Assembly (NCBI GenBank): GCA_964035545.1
Contig: OZ037766.1
Coordinates: 19,022,767-19,086,766 of the forward strand
Direction: 5' to 3'
DNA length: 64,000 nt
From: Bugula neritina
Lineage: Eukaryota > Animalia > Bryozoa
The translations under genes were made by a program, and so were the position numbers. Under the pieces are notes generated by a model. It ran no database searches. It had not been told where the DNA came from and was given only the letters and a program-made list of their open reading frames with translations. Each line of letters opens with the position of its first letter. Position 1 is the stretch's first letter. This document shows, one piece after another, positions 16,201-33,310 of this stretch.

Positions 16201-17480
16201 CCCAGATATATGGTAATATACTGAAATACACTGCAACATTCTGCAACATACTTCAACATACTGAAATGTACTGCAACACACTGAAATACACTGCAACATA
16301 ACGAGGTATATCGAAATATACGGACATGTACTGTAACATACTGAAACACACTGAAACATACTGAGACGTACTGAAATACGCTGCAACATGCTGCAACATA
16401 CTGAAGTACAGTGTAACATATTGAAATACACTGCAGCACCTTGAAATATACTGCAACACACTGAAATATACTGCAACACATCCAAGTACATCGTAATATA
16501 CGGACATGTACTGTAACATACTGAAACATACTGAAACAAAATTAAATATACTGTTGCGCACTGAATAATACTGCAAAATGCCGAAATAAACTGTAACACA
16601 GTGAAGCACACTGCAAATTTCTGAAATATACTGCAACATACTGAAATAGGCCTCAACATACTCAAATATACTGCAAGATACTGCAACATACGTAAAAACA
16701 CTGTAACATACTGAAATACACTGCAACATACTGCAACAAACTGAAGTACACTGTAAAATATTGAAATACACTGCAACACATTGGAATATACTGCAACACA
16801 CTGAAATGTACTGCAACACACTGAAATATACTGCAACATACTGCAACACACTGAAAAACACTGTAACATACTGAAATACACTGCAACACACTGGTATATA
16901 CTGCAACATACCCAAATATATGGTATTATACTGAAATATACTGAAATACACTGCAACACATTGAAAAACACTGCAACATACTGAAAGACACTACAACTCA
17001 CTGAAGGATAGTGTAATATACGGAAATGTACTGTAACATACTGATACTTACTGTAACACACTGAATCATACTGCAACATACTGAAATACACTGTAACATA
17101 CTGCAGCATACTGAAATACACTGTAACAAACTGAAATACACTGCAACACATTGAAATATACTGCATCATACCCTATCATATTGTAATATACTGAAATATA
17201 TTGCAACATACCGCAACATACTGAAATACACTGTAAGAAACTGAAATACACTGCAACACATTGGTATATACTGCAACATACCCAAATATATGGTATTATA
17301 CTGAAATATACTGAAATACACTGTATCACATTGGAAAATACTGCAACATACTGACAGACACTACAACTCACTGACGTATCGTGTAATATACGGAAACGTA
17401 CTGTAACATGCTGAAACACAATGCAACATAACGAGGTATATCGAAATATACGGACATGTACTGTAACATACTGAAACACA
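11303..17480 (+). repeat. Tandem duplication, 2 x 3088-bp higher-order unit (junction ~14390)
   Basis: The 808-aa ORFs at 11655..14081 and 14743..17169 are near-identical. Other pairs (11834/14922, 12473/15561, 13165/16253) are also offset by 3088. The marker cactatacatattgaaaac is at ~11363 and ~14451. Confidence 0.95.
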
Positions 17481-18056
17481 CTGAAACATACTGAAACATA
17501 CCGAAACATACTGAGACGTACTGAAATACACTGCAACATGCTGCAACATACTGAAGTACAGTGTAACATATTGAACTACACTGCAACACATTGAAATATA
17601 CCGCAACACACTGAAAAATACTGCAACACGTCCAAGTACATTGTAATATACGGACATGTACTGTAACATACTGAAACATACTGAAACAAAATGAAATATA
17701 CTGTTGCGCACTGAATAATACTGCAAAATGCCGAAATAAACTGTAACACAGTGAAGTATACTGCAAATTTCTGAAATATACTGCAACATACTGAAATAGG
17801 CCTCAACATACTCAAATATACTGCAAGATACTGCAACATACGTAAAAACACTGTAACATACTGAAATACACTGCAACATACTGCAACATACTGAAGTACA
17901 CTGTAAAATATTGAAATACACTGCAACACATTGGAATATACTGCAACACACTGAAATGTACTGCAACACACTGAAATATACTGCAACATACTGCAACATA
18001 CTGAAAAACACTGTAACATACTGAAATACACTGCAAAAAACTGCAACATACTGAAA

Positions 18057-21000
18057 TACACTGTAAATTATTGAAATACACTGCAACACATTGGAATATA
18101 CTGCAACACACTGATATGTACTGCAACATACTGAAATATACTTCAACATACTGCAGCATACTGAAAGACACTACAACTAACTGAAGTATAGTGTAATATA
18201 CGGAAATGTACTGTAACATATTGATATTTACTGCAACACACTGAAATATACTGCAACATACTGAAATACACTGTAACATGCCAAAATAAACTGCAACATA
18301 CTGCAACATACTGAAATACACTGTAACATACAAAAACACACTGCAAAATTCTGCAACATACTTCAACATACTGAAATGCACTGTAACATAATGAAATACA
18401 CTGCAACACATTGAAATATACTGCAACACACTGAAATATATTGCAACACATCCAAGTACATCGTAATATACGGACATGTACTGTAACATACTGAAATATA
18501 CTGAAATACACTGCAACACATTGAAAAATACTGCAACATACTGAAAGACACTACAACTGACTGAAGTATAGTGTAATATACGGAAATGTACTGTAACATA
18601 CTGATACTTACTGTAACACACTGAATCATACTGCAACATACTGCAATACACTGTAACATACCGAAACAAACTGCAACATGCTGCAACATACTAAAACACA
18701 CTGCAACATTCTGCAACATACTCCAACGTACTGAAATACACTGTAACATAATGAATTACACTGCAAAATACTGCAACATACTGAAGTACACTGTAAAATG
18801 TTGAAATACACGGCAACACATTAAAATATACTGCAACACACTGAAGTATACTGCAACATACTGAAATATACTCCAACATGCTGCAACATACTGAAATACA
18901 CTGTAACATACTGCAACTTACTGAAATACACTGTAACATACTAAAATACACTGCAACATTCTGCAACATACTTCAACACACTGAAATACACCGTAACATA
19001 ATGAAATACACTGCAACACATTGAAATATACTGCAACACACTGAAATATACTGCAACACATCAAAGTACATCGTAATATACGGACATGTACTGTAACATA
19101 CTGAAACACACTGAAACATACTGAAACATACTGAAACATACTTCAACACACTGAAATATAGTAAAACATACTGAAATATACTGCAACATACTGCAACATA
19201 CTGAAATACACTGTAACAAACTGAAATACACTGCAACACATTGAAATATACTGCAACAAACTGAAATATACTGCAACATACTGAAGCTTACTGCAACATA
19301 CTGAAATACACTGCAACATATCGAAGTATATCGTAATATACGGACATGTACTGTAACATACTGAAACACACTGAAACATACTGAAACATACTGAAACATA
19401 CTTCAACACACTGAAATACACTAAAACATACTGAAATATACTGCAACATACTGCAACATACTGAAATACACTGTAACAAACTGAAATACACTGCAACACA
19501 TTGAAATATATTGCACCATACCCTATCATATTGTAATTTACTGAAATATACTGCAACATACCGCAACATACTGAAATACACTGTAACAAACTGGAATACA
19601 CTGTAACACATTGGTTAATACTGCAACATACCCAAATATATGGTAATATACTGAAATACACTGCAGCATTCTGCAACATACTTCAACATGCTGAAATGTA
19701 CTGCAACATACTGAAACACACTGCAACATAACGAGGTATATCGAAATATACGGACATGTACTGTAACATACTGAAATATACTGCAACATACTGCAACATA
19801 CTGAAATACACTGTAACATACTGCAACATACCTAAATACACTGTAACATACTAAAATACACAGCAACATTCTGCAACATACTTCAACATACTGAAATACA
19901 CTGAAACATAATGAAGTACACTGCAACACACTGAAATATACTGCAACACATCCAAGTACATCGTAATATACGGACATGTACTATAACATACTGAAACATA
20001 CTTAAACATACTGAAACAAAATGAAATTAACTGTAACACACTGATTAATACTGCAAAATGCTGAAATATACTGTAACACAGTGAAGTATACTGCAAAATT
20101 CTGAAACATACTGTAACATACTTAAACATGAGCAATATACTGAAAAATGCCTCAACATACTCAAATAAACTACAAGAAACTGCAACATACGTAATTACAT
20201 TGTAACATAGTGACATACATTGCAACATACTGCAACATACTGAAGTACACTGTAAAATATTGAAATACACTGCAACACATTGGAATATACTGCGACACAC
20301 TGAACTATACTGCAACATACTGAATTATACTGCAACATACTGCAACATACTGAAATACACTGTAACATACTGTAACATACTGAAATACACTGCAACAAAC
20401 TACAACATACTGAAGTACACTGTACATATTGAAAACACTACAACACACTGAAATATACTGCAACACACTGAAATATACTGCAAAATACTGAAATATACTT
20501 CAACACACCGCAGCATACTGAAAGACACTACAACTAACTGAAGTACACTGCAATATAGAGAAATGTACTGTAACATACTGATATTTACTGTAACACACTT
20601 AAATATACTGCAACATACTGAAATACACTGTAACATACCGAAATAAGCTGCAACATACTGCAACATACTGAAATACACTGCAACATACTAAAATACACTG
20701 CAACATACTAAAATACACTGCAACATTCTGCAAAATACTTCAACATACTGAAATACACCGTAACATAATAAAATACACTGCAACACATTGAAGTATACTG
20801 CAACAAACTGAAATATACTGCAACATGTCCAAGTACATCGTAATATACGGACATGTACTGTAACGTACTGAAACATACTGAAACAAAATGAAATATACTG
20901 TTACACACTGAATAATACTGCAAAATGCCGAAATAAACTGTAACACAGTGAAGTATACTGCAAAATTCTGAAATATACTGTAACATACTGAAATAGGCCT

Positions 21001-24000
21001 CAACATACTCAAATGTACTGCAAGATACTGCAACATACGTAAATACACTGTAACGTATTGAAATACACCGCAACATACTGCAACATACTGAAGTACACTG
21101 TACATATTGAAAAACACTGCAACACACTGAAATATACTGCAACAAACTGAAATATACTGCAAAAATACTGAAATATACTTCAATATACTGCAACATACTG
21201 AAAGACACTACACCTCACTGAAGTATAGTGCAATATACAGAAATGTACTGCAACATACTGAAATACACTATAACAAACCGAAATACGCTGCAACACATTG
21301 GAATATACTGCAACATTCCTTGGTATATTGTAATATACTGAAATATACTGCAACATACCGCAGCATACTAAAATACACTGTTACAAACTGAAATACACTG
21401 CAACACATTGGTACATACTGCAACAAACCCAAATATATGGTATTATACTGCAACATACTGAAAGACACTACAACTCACTGAAGTATAGTGGAATATACGG
21501 AAATGCACTGTAACATACTGATACTTACTGTAACACACTGAATCATACTGCAACATACTGCAATACACTGTAACATACCGAAACAAACTGAAATACACTG
21601 TAACATACTAAAATACACTGCAACATTATGCAACATACTCCAACGTACTGAAATACAGTGTAACATAATGAAATACACTGCAAAATACTGCAACATACTG
21701 AAGTACACTGTAAAATGTTGAAATACACTGCAACACATTAAAATATACTGCAACACACTGAAGTATACTACAACATACTGAAATATACTGCAACATACTG
21801 CAACATACTGAAATACACTGTAGCATACTGCAACATACCTAAATACACTGTAACAAACTGAAATATACTGCAACATACTGAAATGTACTGCAACATACTG
21901 AAATACACTGCAACATATCGAAGTATATCGAAATATACGGATATGTACTGTAACATACTGAAACATACTGAAACATACTGAAACATACTGAAATATACTG
22001 AAATACACAGCAACATACTGCAACATACTGAAGTACACTGTAACAAATTGAAGTACACTGCAACACATTGAAATATACCGCAACACACTGAAATATACTG
22101 CAACACATCCAAGTACATCGTAATATACGGACATGTACTGTAACATACTGAAACACACTGAAACATACTGAAACATACTGAAACATACTTCAACACACTG
22201 GAATATACTGAAACATACTGAAATATACTGCAACATACTGCAACATACTGAAATACACTGTAACAAACTGAAATACTCTGCAACATATTGGAATATACTG
22301 CAACATACCCTAATATATTGTAATATACTGCAACATACCGCAACATACTGAAATACACTGTAACAAAGTGAAATACACTGCAACACATTGGTATATACTG
22401 CAACATACCCAGATATATGGTAATATACTGAACTACACTGCAACATTCTGCAACATACTTCAACATACTGAAATGTACTGCAACACACTGAAATACACTG
22501 CAACATAACGAGGTATATCGAAATATACGGACATGTACTGTAACATACTGAAACACACTGAAACATACTGAAACATACCGAAACATACTGAGACGTACTG
22601 AAATACGCTGCAACATGCTGCAACATACTGAAGTACAGTGTAACATATTGAAATACACTGCAGCACCTTGAAATATACCGCAACACACTAAAATATACTG
22701 CAACACATCCAAGTACATCGTAATATACGGACATGTACTGTAACATACTGAAACATACTGAAACAAAATTAAATATACTGTTGCGCACTGAATAATACTG
22801 CAAAATGCCGAAATAAACTGTAACACAGTGAAGCATACTGCAAATTTCTGAAATATACTGCAACATACTGAAATAGGCCTCAACATACTCAAATATACTG
22901 CAAGATACTGCAACATACAGAAAAACATTGTAACATACTGAAATACACTGCAACATACTGCAACATACTGAAGTACACTGTAAATTATTGAAATACACTG
23001 CAACACAATGGAATATACTGCAACACACTGAAATGTACTGCAACACACTGAAATATACTGCAACATACTGCAACATACTGAAAAACACTGTAACATACTG
23101 AAATACTTTGCAAAAAACTGCAACATACTGCAACATACTGAAGTACACTGTACATATTGAAAAACACTGCAACACAATGAAATATACCTCAACACACTGA
23201 AATATACTAAAACATGTTGAAATATACTGCAACATACTGCAACCTACTGCAACATACTGAAATACACTGTAACAAACTGAAATACACTGCAACACATTGG
23301 AATATACTGCAACATTCCCTGATATATTGTAATATACTGAAATACACTGCAACATACCGAAACATACTAAAATACACTGTTACAAACTGAAATACACTGC
23401 AACACACTGGTATATACTGCAACATACCCAAATATATGGTATTATACTGAAATATACTGAAATACACTGCAACACATTGAAAAACACTGCAACATACTGA
23501 AAGACACTACAACTCACTGAAGGATAGTGTAATATATGGAAATGTACTGTAACATACTGAAATAAACTGCAACATACTGCAACATACTGAAGTACACTGT
23601 CAAATATTGAAATACACTGCAACACATTGGAATATACTGCAACACACTGAAATGTACTGCAACACACTGAAATATACTGCAACATACTGCAACATACTGA
23701 AAAACACTGTAACATACTGTAACATACTGAAATACACTGCAAAAAACTGCAACATACTGAAGTACACTGTACATATTGAAAAACACTGCAACACAATGAA
23801 ATATACCTCAACACACTGAAATATACTAAAACATGTTGAAATATACTGCAACATACTGCAACCTACTGCAACATACTGAAATACACTGTAACAAATTGAA
23901 ATACACTGCAACACATTGGAATATACTGCAACATTCCCTGATATATTGTAATATACTGAAATACACTGCAACATACCGCAACATACTAAAATACACTGTT

Positions 24001-27000
24001 ACAAACTGAAATACACTGCAACACATTGGTATATACTGCAACATACCCAAATATATGGTATTATACTGAAATATACTGAAATACACTGCAACACATTGAA
24101 AAACACTGCAACATACTGAAAGACACTACAACTCACTGAAGGATAGTGTAATATACGGAAATGTACTGTAACATACTGATACTTACTGTAACACACTGAA
24201 TCATACTGCAGCATACTGCAATACACTGTAACATACCGAAACAAACTGCAACATACTGCAGCATACTGAAATACACTGTAACATACTGCAACATACTGAA
24301 ATACACTGTAACAAACTGAAATACACTGCAACACATTGAAATATACTGCAACATACCCTATCATATTGTAATATACTGAAATATACTGCAACATACCGCA
24401 ACATACTGAAATACACTGTAAGAAACTGAGATACACTGCAACACATTGGTATATACTGCAACATACCCAAATATATGGTAATATACTGAAATATACTGAA
24501 ATACACTGTATCACATTGGAAAATACTGCAACATACGGACAGACACTACAACTCACTGACGTATCGTGTAATATACGGAAACGTACTGTAACATACTGAA
24601 ACACAATGCAACATAACGAGGTATATCGAAATATACGGACATGTACTGTAACATACTGAAACACACTGAAACATACTGAAACATACCGAAACATACTGAG
24701 ACGTACTGGCATACACTGCAACATGCTGCAACATACTGAAGTACAGTGTAACATATTGAACTACACTGCAACACATTGAAATATACCGCAACACACTGAA
24801 AAATACTGCAACACGTCCAAGTACATTGTAATATACGGACATGTACTGTAACATACTGAAACATACTGAAACAAAATTAAATATACTGTTGCGCACTGAA
24901 TAATACTGCAAAATGCCGAAATAAACTGTAACACAGTGAAGTATACTGCAAATTTCTGAAATATACTGCACCATACTGAAATAGGCCTCAACATACTCAA
25001 ATATACTGCAAGATACTTCAACATACGTAAAAACACTGTTACATACTGAAATACACTGCAACATACTGCAACATACTGAAGTACACTGTAAAATATTGGA
25101 ATACACTGCAACACATTGGAATATACTGCAAGACACTGAAATGTACTGCAACATACTGAAATATACTGCAACATACTGCAACATACTGAAAAACACTGTA
25201 ACATACTGTAACATACTGAAATACACTGCAAAAAACTGCAACATACTGAAGTACACTGTACATATTGAAAAACACTGCAACACAATGAAATATACCTCAA
25301 CACACTGAAATATACTAAAACATGTTGAAATTTACTGCAACATACTGCAACATACTGCAACATACTGAAATACACTGTAACAAACTGAAATACACTGCAA
25401 CACATTGGAATATACTGCAACATTCCCTGATATCTTGTAATATACTGAAATACACTGCAACATACCGCAAAATACTAAAATACACTGTTACAAACTGAAA
25501 TACACTGCAACACATTGGTATATACTGCAACATACCCAAATATATGGTATTATACTGAAATATACTGAAATACACTGCAACATATTGAAAAAATACTGCA
25601 ACCTACTGAAAGACACTACAACTCACTGAAGTATAGTGTAATATACGGAAATGTACTGTAACATACTGATACTTACTGTAACACACTGAATCATACTGCA
25701 ACATACTGCAATACACTGTAACATACCGAAACAAACTGCAACATACTGCAACATACTGAAATACACTGTAACATACTAACACACACTGCAACATTCTGCA
25801 ACATACTCCAACGTACTGAAATACACTGTGACATAATGAAATACACTGAAAAATACTGCAACATACTGAAGTACACTGTAAAATGTTGAAATACACTGCA
25901 ACACATTAAAATATACTGCAACACACTGAAGTATACTGCAACATACTGAAATATACTGCAACATACTGCAACATACTGAAATACACTGTAACATACTGTA
26001 AGATACTGAAATACACTGCAACAAACTGCAACATACTGGAGTATACTGTACATATTGGAAAACACTGCAACACACTGATATATACTGCAACACACTGAAA
26101 TATACTGCAAAATACTGAAATATACTTCAACATACTGCAGCATACTGAAAGACACTACAACTAACTGAAGTATAGTGTAATATACGGAAATGTACTAAAA
26201 CATACTGATATTTACTGCAACACACTGAAATATACCTCAACATACTGAAATACACTGTAACATGCCAAAATAAACTGCAACATACTGCAGCATACTGAAA
26301 TACACTGTAACATACTAAAATACACTGCAACATTCTGCAACATACTTCAACATACTGAAATGCACTGTAACATAATGAAATACACTGCCACACCTTGAAA
26401 TATACTGCAACACACCGAAATATACTGCAACACATCCAAGTACATCGTAATATACGCACATGTACTGTAACATACTGAAACATACTGAAACATACTGAAA
26501 CAAAATGAAATAAACTGTAACACACTGAGTAATACTGCCAAATACTGAAATATACTGTAACACAGTGAAGTATACTGCAAAATTCTGAAACATACTGTAA
26601 CATACTGAAACATGAACAATATACTGAAAAATGCCTCAACATACTCATGTAAACTAAAAGAAACTGCAACATACGTAATTACATTGTAACATAGTGACAT
26701 ACATTGCAACATACTGCAACATACTGAAGTACACTGTAAAATATTGAAATACACTGCAACACATTGGAATATACTGCAACACACTGAACTATACTGCAAC
26801 ATACTGCAACATACTGAAATACACTGTAACATACTGTAACATACTGAAATACACTGCAACAAACTGCAACATACTGAAGTACACTATACATATTGAAAAC
26901 ACTGCAACACACTGAAATATACTGCAACACACTGAAATATACTGCAAAACACTGAAGTATACTTCAACACACTGCAGCATACCGAAAGACACTACAACTA

Positions 27001-28795
27001 ACTGAAGTATAGTGCAATATACAGAAATGTACTGTAACATACTGATATTTACTGTAACACACTTAAATATACTGCAACATACTGAAATACACTGTAACAT
27101 ACCGATATAAGCTGCAACATACTGAAATACACTGCAACATACCAAAATACACTGCAACATTCTGCAACATACTTCAACATACTGAAATACACCGTAACAT
27201 AATGAAATACACTGCAACACATTGAAATATACTGCAACAAACTGAAATGTACTGCAACATACTGAAGTTTACTGTAACATACTGAAATACACTGCAACAT
27301 ATCGAAGTATATCGTAATATACGGACATGTACTGTAACATACTGAAACATACTTAAACATACTTCAACACACTGAAATATACTAAAACATACTGAAATAT
27401 ACTGCAACATACTGCAACATACTGAAATACACTGCAACAAACTGAAATACACTGCAACACATTGAAATATACTGCAACATACCCTATCATATCGTAATAT
27501 ACTGAAATATACTGCAACATACCGCAACATACTGAAATACACTGTAACAAACTGAAATACACTGCAACACATTGGTATATACTGCAACATCCCCAAATAT
27601 ATGGTAATATACTGAAATACACTGCAGGATTCTGCAGGATACTTCAACATACTGAAATGTACTGCAACATACTGAAACACACTGCAACATACCGAGGTAT
27701 ATCGAAATATACGGACATGTACTGTAACATACTGAAATATACTGCAACATACTGCAGCATACTGAAATACACTGTAACATACTGCAACATACCTAAGTAC
27801 ACTGTAACATACTAAAATACACTGCAACATTCTGCAACATACTTCAACATACTGAAATACACTCAAACATAATGAAGTACACTGCAACACAATGAAATAT
27901 ACTGCAACACACTGAAATATACTGCAACACATCCAAGTACATCGTAATATACGGACATGTACTATAACATACTGCAACACACTGAAGTATACTACAACAT
28001 ACTGAAATATACTGCAACATACTGCAACATACTGAAATACACTGTAGCATACTGCAACATACCTAAATACACTGTAACAAACTGAAATATACTGCAACAT
28101 ACTGAAATGTACTGCAACATACTGAAATACACTGCAACATATCGAAGTATACCGAAATATACGGATATGTACTGTAACATACTGAAACATACTGAAACAT
28201 ACTGAAACATACTGAAATATACTGAAATACACAGCAACATACTGCAACATACTGAAGTACACTGTAACATATTGAAGTACACTGCAACACATTGAAATAT
28301 ACCGCAACACACTGAAATATACTGCAACACATCCAAGTACATCGTAATATACGGACATGTACTGTAACATACTGAAACACACTGAAACATACTGAAACAT
28401 ACTGAAACATACTTCAACACACTGGAATATACTAAAACATACTGAAATATACTGCAACATACTGCAACATACTGAAATACACTGTAACAAACTGAAATAC
28501 TCTGCAACATATTGGAATATACTGCAACATACCCTAATATATTGTAATATACTGCAACATACCGCAACATACTGAAATACACTGTAACAAAGTGAAATAC
28601 ACTGCAACACATTGGTATATACTGCAACATACCCAGATATATGGTAATATACTGAAATACACTGCAACATTCTGCAACATACTTCAACATACTGAAATGT
28701 ACTGCAACACACTGAAATACACTGCAACATAACGAGGTATATCGAAATATACGGACATGTACTGTAACATACTGAAACACACTGAAACATACTGA
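18057..28795 (+). repeat. Large segmental duplication, copy 2 of 2645-13275
   Basis: Same offsets as above. Identity ends where 13271 reads tactgagacg but ~28790 continues actgaaacat. Confidence 0.92.
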
Positions 28796-31700
28796 AACAT
28801 ACTGAAACATACTTCAACACACTGAAATATAGTAAAACATACTGAAATATACTGCAACATACTGCAACATACTGAAATACACTGTAACAAACTGAAATAC
28901 ACTGCAACACATTGAAATATACTGCAACAAACTGAAATATACTGCAACATACTGAAGCTTACTGCAACATACTGAAATACACTGCAACATATCGAAGTAT
29001 ATCGTAATATACGGACATGTACTGTAACATACTGAAACACACTGAAACATACTGAAACATACTGAAACATACTTCAACACACTGAAATACACTAAAACAT
29101 ACTGAAATATACTGCAACATACTGCAACATACTGAAATACACTGTAACAAACTGAAATACACTGCAACACATTGAAATATATTGCACCATACCCTATCAT
29201 ATTGTAATTTACTGAAATATACTGCAACATACCGCAACATACTGAAATACACTGTAACAAACTGGAATACACTGTAACACATTGGTTAATACTGCAACAT
29301 ACCCAAATATATGGTAATATACTGAAATACACTGCAGCATTCTGCAACATACTTCAACATGCTGAAATGTACTGCAACATACTGAAACACACTGCAACAT
29401 AACGAGGTATATCGAAATATACGGACATGTACTGTAACATACTGAAATATACTGCAACATACTGCAACATACTGAAATACACTGTAACATACTGCAACAT
29501 ACCTAAATACACTGTAACATACTAAAATACACAGCAACATTCTGCAACATACTTCAACATACTGAAATACACTGAAACATAATGAAGTACACTGCAACAC
29601 ACTGAAATATACTGCAACACATCCAAGTACATCGTAATATACGGACATGTACTATAACATACTGAAACATACTTAAACATACTGAAACAAAATGAAATTA
29701 ACTGTAACACACTGATTAATACTGCAAAATGCTGAAATATACTGTAACACAGTGAAGTATACTGCAAAATTCTGAAACATACTGTAACATACTTAAACAT
29801 GAGCAATATACTGAAAAATGCCTCAACATACTCAAATAAACTACAAGAAACTGCAACATACGTAATTACATTGTAACATAGTGACATACATTGCAACATA
29901 CTGCAACATACTGAAGTACACTGTAAAATATTGAAATACACTGCAACACATTGGAATATACTGCGACACACTGAACTATACTGCAACATACCGAATTATA
30001 CTGCAACATACTGCAACATACTGAAAAACACTGTAACAAATTGAAGTACACTGCAACACATTGAAATATACCGCAACACACTGAAATATACTGCAACACA
30101 TCCAAGTACATCGTAATATACGGACATGTACTGTAACATACTGAAACACACTGAAACATACTGAAACATACTGAAAAATACTGCAACATACTGAAAGACA
30201 CTACAACTGACTGAAGTATAGTGTAATATACGGAAATGTACTGTAACATACTGATACTTACTGTAACACACTGAATCATACTGCAACATACTGCAATACA
30301 CTGTAACATACCGAAACAAACTGCAACATGCTGCAACATACTAAAACACACTGCAACATTCTGCAACATACTCCAACGTGCTGAAATACACTGTAACATA
30401 ATGAATTACACTGCAAAATACTGCAACATACTGAAGTACACTGTAAAATGTTGAAATACACGGCAACACATTAAAATATACTGCAACACACTGAAGTATA
30501 CTGCAACATACTGAAATATACTCCAACATGCTGCAACATACTGAAATACACTGTAACATACTGCAACTTACTGAAATACACTGTAACATACTAAAATACA
30601 CTGCAACATTCTGCAACATACTTCAACACACTGAAATACACCATAACATAATGAAATACACTGCAAAATACTGCAACATACTGAAGTACACTGTAAAATG
30701 TTGAAATACACGGCAACACATTAAAATATACTGCAACACACTGAAGTATACTGCAACATACTGAAATATACTCCAACATACTGCAACATACTGAAATACA
30801 CTGTAACATACTGTAACATACTGAAATACACTGCAACAAACTACAACATACTGAAGTACACTGTACATATTGAAAACACTACAACACACTGAAATATACT
30901 GCAACACACTGAAATATACTGCAAAATACTGAAATATACTTCAACACACCGCAGCATACTGAAAGACACTACAACTAACTGAAGTACAGTGCAATATAGA
31001 GAAATGTACTGTAACATACTGATATTTACTGTAACACACTTAAATATACTGCAACATACTGAAATACACTGTAACATACCGAAATAAGCTGCAACATACT
31101 GCAACATACTGAAATACACTGCAACATACTAAAATACACTGCAACATACTAAAATACACTGCAACATTCTGCAAAATACTTCAACATACTGAAATACACC
31201 GTAACATAATAAAATACACTGCAACACATTGAAGTATACTGCAACAAACTGAAATATACTGCAACATGTCCAAGTACATCGTAATATACGGACATGTACT
31301 GTAACGTACTGAAACATACTGAAACAAAATGAAATATACTGTTACACACTGAATAATACTGCAAAATGCCGAAATAAACTGTAACACAGTGAAGTATACT
31401 GCAAAATTCTGAAATATACTGTAACATACTGAAATAGGCCTCAACATACTCAAATGTACTGCAAGATACTGCAACATACGTAAATACACTGTAACGTATT
31501 GAAATACACCGCAACATACTGCAACATACTGAAGTACACTGTACATATTGAAAAACACTGCAACACACTGAAATATACTGCAACAAACTGAAATATACTG
31601 CAAAAATACTGAAATATACTTCAATATACTGCAACATACTGAAAGACACTACACCTCACTGAAGTATAGTGCAATATACAGAAATGTACTGCAACATACT

Positions 31701-33310
31701 GAAATACACTATAACAAACCGAAATACGCTGCAACACATTGGAATATACTGCAACATTCCTTGGTATATTGTAATATACTGAAATATACTGCAACATACC
31801 GCAGCATACTAAAATACACTGTTACAAACTGAAATACACTGCAACACATTGGTATATACTGCAACAAACCCAAATATATGGTATTATACTGCAACATACT
31901 GAAAGACACTACAACTCACTGAAGTATAGTGGAATATACGGAAATGCACTGTAACATACTGATACTTACTGTAACACACTGAATCATACTGCAACATACT
32001 GCAATACACTGTAACATACCGAAACAAACTGAAATACACTGTAACATACTAAAATACACTGCAACATTATGCAACATACTCCAACGTACTGAAATACAGT
32101 GTAACATAATGAAATACACTGCAAAATACTGCAACATACTGAAGTACACTGTAAAATGTTGAAATACACTGCAACACATTAAAATATACTGCAACACACT
32201 GAAGTATACTACAACATACTGAAATATACTGCAACATACTGCAACATACTGAAATACACTGTAGCATACTGCAACATACCTAAATACACTGTAACAAACT
32301 GAAATATACTGCAACATACTGAAATGTACTGCAACATACTGAAATACACTGCAACATATCGAAGTATATCGAAATATACGGATATGTACTGTAACATACT
32401 GAAACATACTGAAACATACTGAAACATACTGAAATATACTGAAATACACAGCAACACATTGGTATATACTGCAACATACCCAGATATATGGTAATATACT
32501 GAAATACACTGCAACATTCTGCAACATACTTCAACATACTGAAATGTACTGCAACACACTGAAATACACTGCAACATAACGAGGTATATCGAAATATACG
32601 GACATGTACTGTAACATACTGAAACACACTGAAACATACTGAAACATACTGAAACATACTTCAACACACTGAAATATAGTAAAACATACTGAAATATACT
32701 GCAACATACTGCAACATACTGAAATACACTGTAACAAACTGAAATACACTGCAACACATTGAAATATACTGCAACAAACTGAAATATACTGCAACATACT
32801 GAAGCTTACTGCAACATACTGAAATACACTGCAACATATCGAAGTATATCGTAATATACGGACATGTACTGTAACATACTGAAACACACTGAAACATACT
32901 GAAACATACTGAAACAAAATTAAATATACTGTTGCGCACTGAATAATACTGCAAAATGCCGAAATAAACTGTAACACAGTGAAGCACACTGCAAATTTCT
33001 GAAATATACTGCAACATACTGAAATAGGCTTCAACATACTCAAATATACTGCAAGATACTGCAACATACGTAAAAACACTGTAACATACTGAAATACACT
33101 GCAACATACTGCAACATACTGAAGTACACTGTAAAATATTGAAATACACTGCAACACATTGGAATATACTGCAACACACTGAAATGTACTGCAACACACT
33201 GAAATATACTGCAACATACTGCAACATACTGAAAAACACTGTAACATACTGAAATACACTGCAACACACTGGTATATACTGCAACATACCCAAATATATG
33301 GTATTATACT
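28790..33310 (+). repeat. Mosaic zone of out-of-order copies of upstream modules
   Basis: ~28790-30020 copies ~19120-20350 (offset 9671). ~30180-30640 copies ~18530-18990 (offset 11650). ~30790-32450 copies ~20350-22010 (offset 10441). Shorter patches follow, including a fourth AAGCTT-containing module at 32802. Confidence 0.85.
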
